DNA of 64,000 bases. Origin: Pseudomonadales bacterium (GTDB lineage: Bacteria; Pseudomonadota; Gammaproteobacteria; Pseudomonadales; JAHEIH01). Where the stretch lies: assembly GCA_035458985.1 (NCBI GenBank), contig DATHYR010000344.1, positions 22,793 through 86,792 of the forward strand. Direction: 5' to 3'. The position numbers and the translations under genes are program-made. The notes below the pieces were generated by a model. That model ran no database searches. It was given only the letters and a program-made list of their open reading frames with translations, and was not told the origin of the DNA. Positions 60,694-64,000 of the stretch are shown piece after piece. The first letter of the stretch is position 1. Each line of letters begins with the position of its first letter.

Positions 60694-61887
60694 TTAATTA
60701 ATATTGTCGTTTGGCTGAACGTGGCCATTAGCGATATTGCTAGCATCAAGATAACGCCCCTCTACCGCCATGCCATCGATGGGATTGCGTATTGGTGAGA
60801 CCACAACATCCTGTCCTGGCTGAACACCGGCATCGACCAAAGCAAAATCATCACTTTGGAAAATCACATCCACGCTATTGCGACGCAATACGCCGTCTTC
60901 AATAGTAAAGACAATATTTCCCGGACGCAGCGCGCTGCGGGGAATTAACGTCGCTTGGCTAACCTCGCGCCCTGCGATACTAGCTTCCACATACATACCA
61001 ACCGCCATGGGAATTTCTCCGTCTTGATGATAGGGCGCATCAAGTACGGCTAAGGCATAAATTGAGCGGGTGTGGCTATCGACGGCGGCATCAATACTCT
61101 TCAAATAACCATGCCAGTAGTGCGTTGACCCTGCCATGGTATTACTAAACACCACTCGCGGCGCCTCTTGCTCGCTGTCAGCAACAAACCCCATGTGCTT
61201 TCCGAGGGTGCGCAATTGGGCATCGGTCAACGCTAAACGCACCTCCACCTGGTCTGTAGCAAAGACACGACCAAGCGGTGTGCCGGGGGTAACAAATTGA
61301 CCAAGACCGGCCATTCGTGATTTGACGCGACCATTGAACGGCACCGTGAGTTTGGTGCGTTCTAAATCTAATTGAGCACGCTGAAGCTCCACTTGGGCCG
61401 CTTTAAGGGCTGCTTTTGCCTGTGCCACTTGTGGTTTTTTGAGAGCCAAGGCAGTGGGATTAACCCGGTCGATCAACAACCGACGCGCCACGTCAGCATC
61501 GGCTGTGGCCTGCTCCAGACGGACTTCAGCCTCAGCAACGCGTGCCTCGGCACTGGCAACCGCCACGCGATAATCGCGATCATCAATTTCAATCAATACC
61601 TCACCAGGCGAGACAGCACTCCCCTCTGTAAAGGCATCACTCATAGCAACGATGCGTCCAGATACCTGGGCCACTACATCAATTTCGTTGCGGGCGCGAA
61701 CTTCACCGGTGGCCTGCACATTGAGTGTTTTATCCACTTGGCGGACAGACTCAACGAATAGAGAAAGCGGTCTGGGGGCGTCCTCCTTCTTTTCGGGTTC
61801 TGGTTTAGTGGCGTGTAACACTTGGTAAATACCTACACTGGCCACAAGGATAAGCACGGGTAGGATAATGGTTTTTAGTTTTTTCAC
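60694..61887 (-). CDS. RND efflux periplasmic adaptor (membrane fusion protein)
   Basis: N-terminal TM anchor, coiled-coil hairpin, and lipoyl and beta-barrel regions. I chose the GTG at 61887 (AAGGAAG SD); the track start is at 61944. Confidence 0.88.
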   Translation of the reverse strand: MKKLKTIILPVLILVASVGIYQVLHATKPEPEKKEDAPRPLSLFVESVRQVDKTLNVQATGEVRARNEIDVVAQVSGRIVAMSDAFTEGSAVSPGEVLIEIDDRDYRVAVASAEARVAEAEVRLEQATADADVARRLLIDRVNPTALALKKPQVAQAKAALKAAQVELQRAQLDLERTKLTVPFNGRVKSRMAGLGQFVTPGTPLGRVFATDQVEVRLALTDAQLRTLGKHMGFVADSEQEAPRVVFSNTMAGSTHYWHGYLKSIDAAVDSHTRSIYALAVLDAPYHQDGEIPMAVGMYVEASIAGREVSQATLIPRSALRPGNIVFTIEDGVLRRNSVDVIFQSDDFALVDAGVQPGQDVVVSPIRNPIDGMAVEGRYLDASNIANGHVQPNDNIN

Positions 61888-62005
61888 TGGAGCTTCCTTA
61901 ACGTGACGACTTCTTATGAAAGTCGCTTGACTGAGCGGGTTCATGGCTTAGACGGACCCACGTATTCATTTAGATGCAGCGTAGTAGAAAAAAAATGCTA
62001 GGCAT

Positions 62006-62036
62006 AAAAAAACCCGACAAAAAGTCGGGTTTTTTA
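62006..62036 (-). terminator. Rho-independent terminator after argG
   Basis: The minus strand reads AACCCGAC-TTTTT-GTCGGGTT-TTTTTTAT, 14 nt after the argG stop. An A-tract on the other side makes it formally bidirectional. Confidence 0.85.
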
Positions 62037-62049
62037 ATCAAATGATCGG

Positions 62050-63270
62050 TTACAAAACACCTCGACCTTTGTTGGCCGCAATTCGCATACGCAAGGCATT
62101 AAGCTTAATAAAGCCCTCAGCGTCTTTTTGGTTATAGGCACCCGCGTCATCTTCAAAGGTCGCAATACTGGCGTCGAACAAAGAGTCCTCCGACTTACGG
62201 CCTACCACGGTCACATTGCCCTTATAAAGCTTCACACGGACCACGCCATTAACTACGGCTTGTGATTCATCGATCATGGTTTGTAGCATCTTGCGCTCGG
62301 GGCTCCACCAATAGCCGTTGTAAATCAGTTCGGCATATTTAGGCATTAGGCTGTCTTTCAGGTGAGCCACTTCACGATCAAGCGTAATGGATTCAATCGC
62401 ACGGTGAGCACGCAGCATGATGGTACCGCCGGGTGTTTCGTAACAACCGCGTGATTTCATGCCCACGTAGCGGTTCTCAACAATGTCCAAACGACCAATA
62501 CCGTTCTCGCCACCCACTTTATTCAGGTAGGCAAGCACAGACGCGGGAGACATCTCCTCGCCATTGATGGCGATAATGTCGCCACCACGGTAGGTTAACT
62601 CAAGATACGTTGCCTTGTCGGGCGCTGCCTCTGGGCTGACGCTCCAGCGCCACATAGACTCTTCCGCTTCAGCATAGGGATCTTCCAAAATGCCACCTTC
62701 GTAGCTGATGTGCAGCAAGTTGGCATCCATCGAATAGGGTGACTTCTTCTTGTTCTTGGAGAAATCCACGGGAATATTACGCTCCTCACAGTATTGCATG
62801 AGTTTTTCGCGTGAGGTCAGATCCCATTCACGCCAAGGCGCAATAACACGTACGCCGGGCTTGAGAGCATAGGCACCAAGTTCAAAGCGAACCTGGTCGT
62901 TACCCTTACCCGTCGCGCCGTGTGAAATAGCATCAGCCCCTGTCTCATTGGCGATTTCAATCATACGCTTCGCAATCAAAGGACGAGCGATAGATGTGCC
63001 TAACAAGTACTCTCCTTCGTAGATGGTATTCGCGCGGAACATAGGAAACACGTAGTCGCGGACAAACTCTTCGCGAAGGTCGTCAATGTAAATCTCTTTG
63101 ACGCCCAGCGCCTGAGCTTTAGCGCGTGCTGGTTCGACTTCTTCACCCTGACCGATGTCGGCAGTAAATGTCACCACCTCACACTGGTAGGTATCTTGCA
63201 ACCAACGCACAATAACAGAGGTGTCCAAACCGCCTGAATAGGCCAGTACGACTTTTTTAATATCAGCCAT
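62050..63270 (-). CDS. argG: Argininosuccinate synthase
   Basis: [21 protein letters not shown] motif. The protein is about 405 aa. I trimmed the start to the ATG at 63270. Confidence 0.97.
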   Translation of the reverse strand: MADIKKVVLAYSGGLDTSVIVRWLQDTYQCEVVTFTADIGQGEEVEPARAKAQALGVKEIYIDDLREEFVRDYVFPMFRANTIYEGEYLLGTSIARPLIAKRMIEIANETGADAISHGATGKGNDQVRFELGAYALKPGVRVIAPWREWDLTSREKLMQYCEERNIPVDFSKNKKKSPYSMDANLLHISYEGGILEDPYAEAEESMWRWSVSPEAAPDKATYLELTYRGGDIIAINGEEMSPASVLAYLNKVGGENGIGRLDIVENRYVGMKSRGCYETPGGTIMLRAHRAIESITLDREVAHLKDSLMPKYAELIYNGYWWSPERKMLQTMIDESQAVVNGVVRVKLYKGNVTVVGRKSEDSLFDASIATFEDDAGAYNQKDAEGFIKLNALRMRIAANKGRGVL

Positions 63271-63377
63271 GCATCCGCTCTCCAATAAAGGCGGGCGAGC
63301 TGCGAACTCGCCCCAAAATTAAGGGGGCAGATTTTACCGCATCCATGCCTGAATTTCAGCAATAATTAGCGGAATGA

Positions 63378-64000
63378 TTAGGGCGTTACATCAACGGGTT
63401 GGGGCGTATCTCGGCTCGCCATCGCTTTGTAGAGCCTATCGCGAATGGTTTCATTGGGCTCCTTTGCCAATCTGATAGTTGTGCGACGGTTGAGGGCTCT
63501 ATTACTCGCGGTATCATTGGACTTAACGGGATAAAAATCCGCATGATAACGAAGCGCAATAAAGTCAGGATTTACACCCTGCTGTATGAGATATAAGGCG
63601 ACCTGTTCAGCTCTATTGCGGGATAATTCAAAGTTTTCATTTCTATCGCCGATGCTATCCGTATGTCCGTCGATATAAATAGCATTTACTTCATTATCGG
63701 CCTTTACATAGCGGGCAACATCGCGAAGGTGCTCCCTATCCTTTTCAGAGAGCTGATAACCACCGTTGACAAACGTGATCTTACTTCTTTGAATTTGCTC
63801 AAAATTATAAGGCAGCAACTGTGCCATACAATCCTGAAAATCGCGGTAAGCGGCACGAAAGCGCACTGGAACAACGGCGATACGATCTTTTTGCATCGTC
63901 TGCGCGCTCTTATCGCGTATCTCGGCGGAATACCCCAACAACAAACCTTCGAGAATCTCTTTCGCTAAGGCCTCATCGAAGCGCACTCGATCGCGTCGCT
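63378..64000 (-). CDS. OmpA-C-like (peptidoglycan-binding) domain protein, 5' end probably outside the window
   Basis: C-terminal OmpA-like motif IYIDGHTDSIGDRNENFELSRNRAEQVALYL...NRRTTI. The frame stays open upstream of the GTG at 63986 to the window edge. Confidence 0.7.
   Translation of the reverse strand, partial: RRDRVRFDEALAKEILEGLLLGYSAEIRDKSAQTMQKDRIAVVPVRFRAAYRDFQDCMAQLLPYNFEQIQRSKITFVNGGYQLSEKDREHLRDVARYVKADNEVNAIYIDGHTDSIGDRNENFELSRNRAEQVALYLIQQGVNPDFIALRYHADFYPVKSNDTASNRALNRRTTIRLAKEPNETIRDRLYKAMASRDTPQPVDVTP

Noticed and set aside
63349-63359. Perfect 11 bp palindrome CTGAATTTCAG about 80 nt upstream of argG, considered as an ArgR ARG box
   Set aside because: The half-site spacing does not fit the 18 bp ARG box (TGAAT-N4-ATTCA) and there is no tandem second box. 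It may still be an operator, but I cannot support the ArgR assignment.
1-64000. A search by eye for CRISPR repeats, tRNA or rRNA genes, IS inverted repeats, integrase, transposase or phage genes, toxin-antitoxin pairs, defence-island genes and large non-coding inserts
   Set aside because: I found none. The largest non-coding gaps are about 230 bp and are ordinary divergent promoter regions, and every ORF longer than 100 aa outside known genes is explained above. The window looks like conserved core chromosome, so I make no claim of a novel mobile or defence system.

Overview
This 64 kb window is gene-dense (about 90% coding), conserved chromosomal core from a flagellated, probably marine gammaproteobacterium (about 50% GC by eye). 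I found no rRNA, tRNA, CRISPR array, IS element, transposase, integrase, phage gene or recognisable defence or toxin-antitoxin module.

Left to right, the content is:
- the 5' part of fliE, with a sigma-54-type promoter
- a Methyltransf_32-like methyltransferase, then a LacI/ROK-fructokinase pair
- the conserved block ihfB-rpsA-cmk-aroA-tyrA-pheA-serC-gyrA, divergent from ubiG, a HAD phosphatase and yciK
- a degenerate GGDEF protein
- rluB-scpB-scpA-yciO-trpH, divergent from yciB-yciI, an SH3 protein, ppiA and a pdxJ-like gene
- the co-directional string apeB-trpS-slp-(REC-TPR regulator)-(sensor-less histidine kinase)
- a KAS III gene
- a small hydrolase/FecR-like accessory patch, then a tyrosine phosphatase and a 2Fe-2S ferredoxin
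- a 12 kb same-strand carbon block, pgi-edd-zwf-pgl-eda-gap-pyk followed by oadGAB, divergent from hexR
- aceK with a Rieske protein, then a LysR regulator
- a lipoprotein with an M1 peptidase
- yigZ, ylqF/rbgA, an RND efflux pair, argG and a partial OmpA-like gene

The gene order resembles the Pseudomonas gyrA-serC-pheA...rpsA-ihfB region and the E. coli yci cluster. That comparison is from memory and was not searched.

I do not see a clear-cut undescribed system. The most defensible candidates for follow-up are:
1. the sensor-less HK with a REC-TPR regulator
2. the GGDEF protein with a destroyed active site but an intact I-site
3. a terminator-delimited operon encoding a cytoplasmic alpha/beta hydrolase, a Tat-exported dienelactone hydrolase and a secreted FecR-domain protein
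4. an intrinsic terminator wedged between pyk and oadGAB that leaves no room for a promoter
5. the aceK-Rieske pairing

All functional calls rest on motif and family recognition by eye from the translated ORFs. No database search was run.
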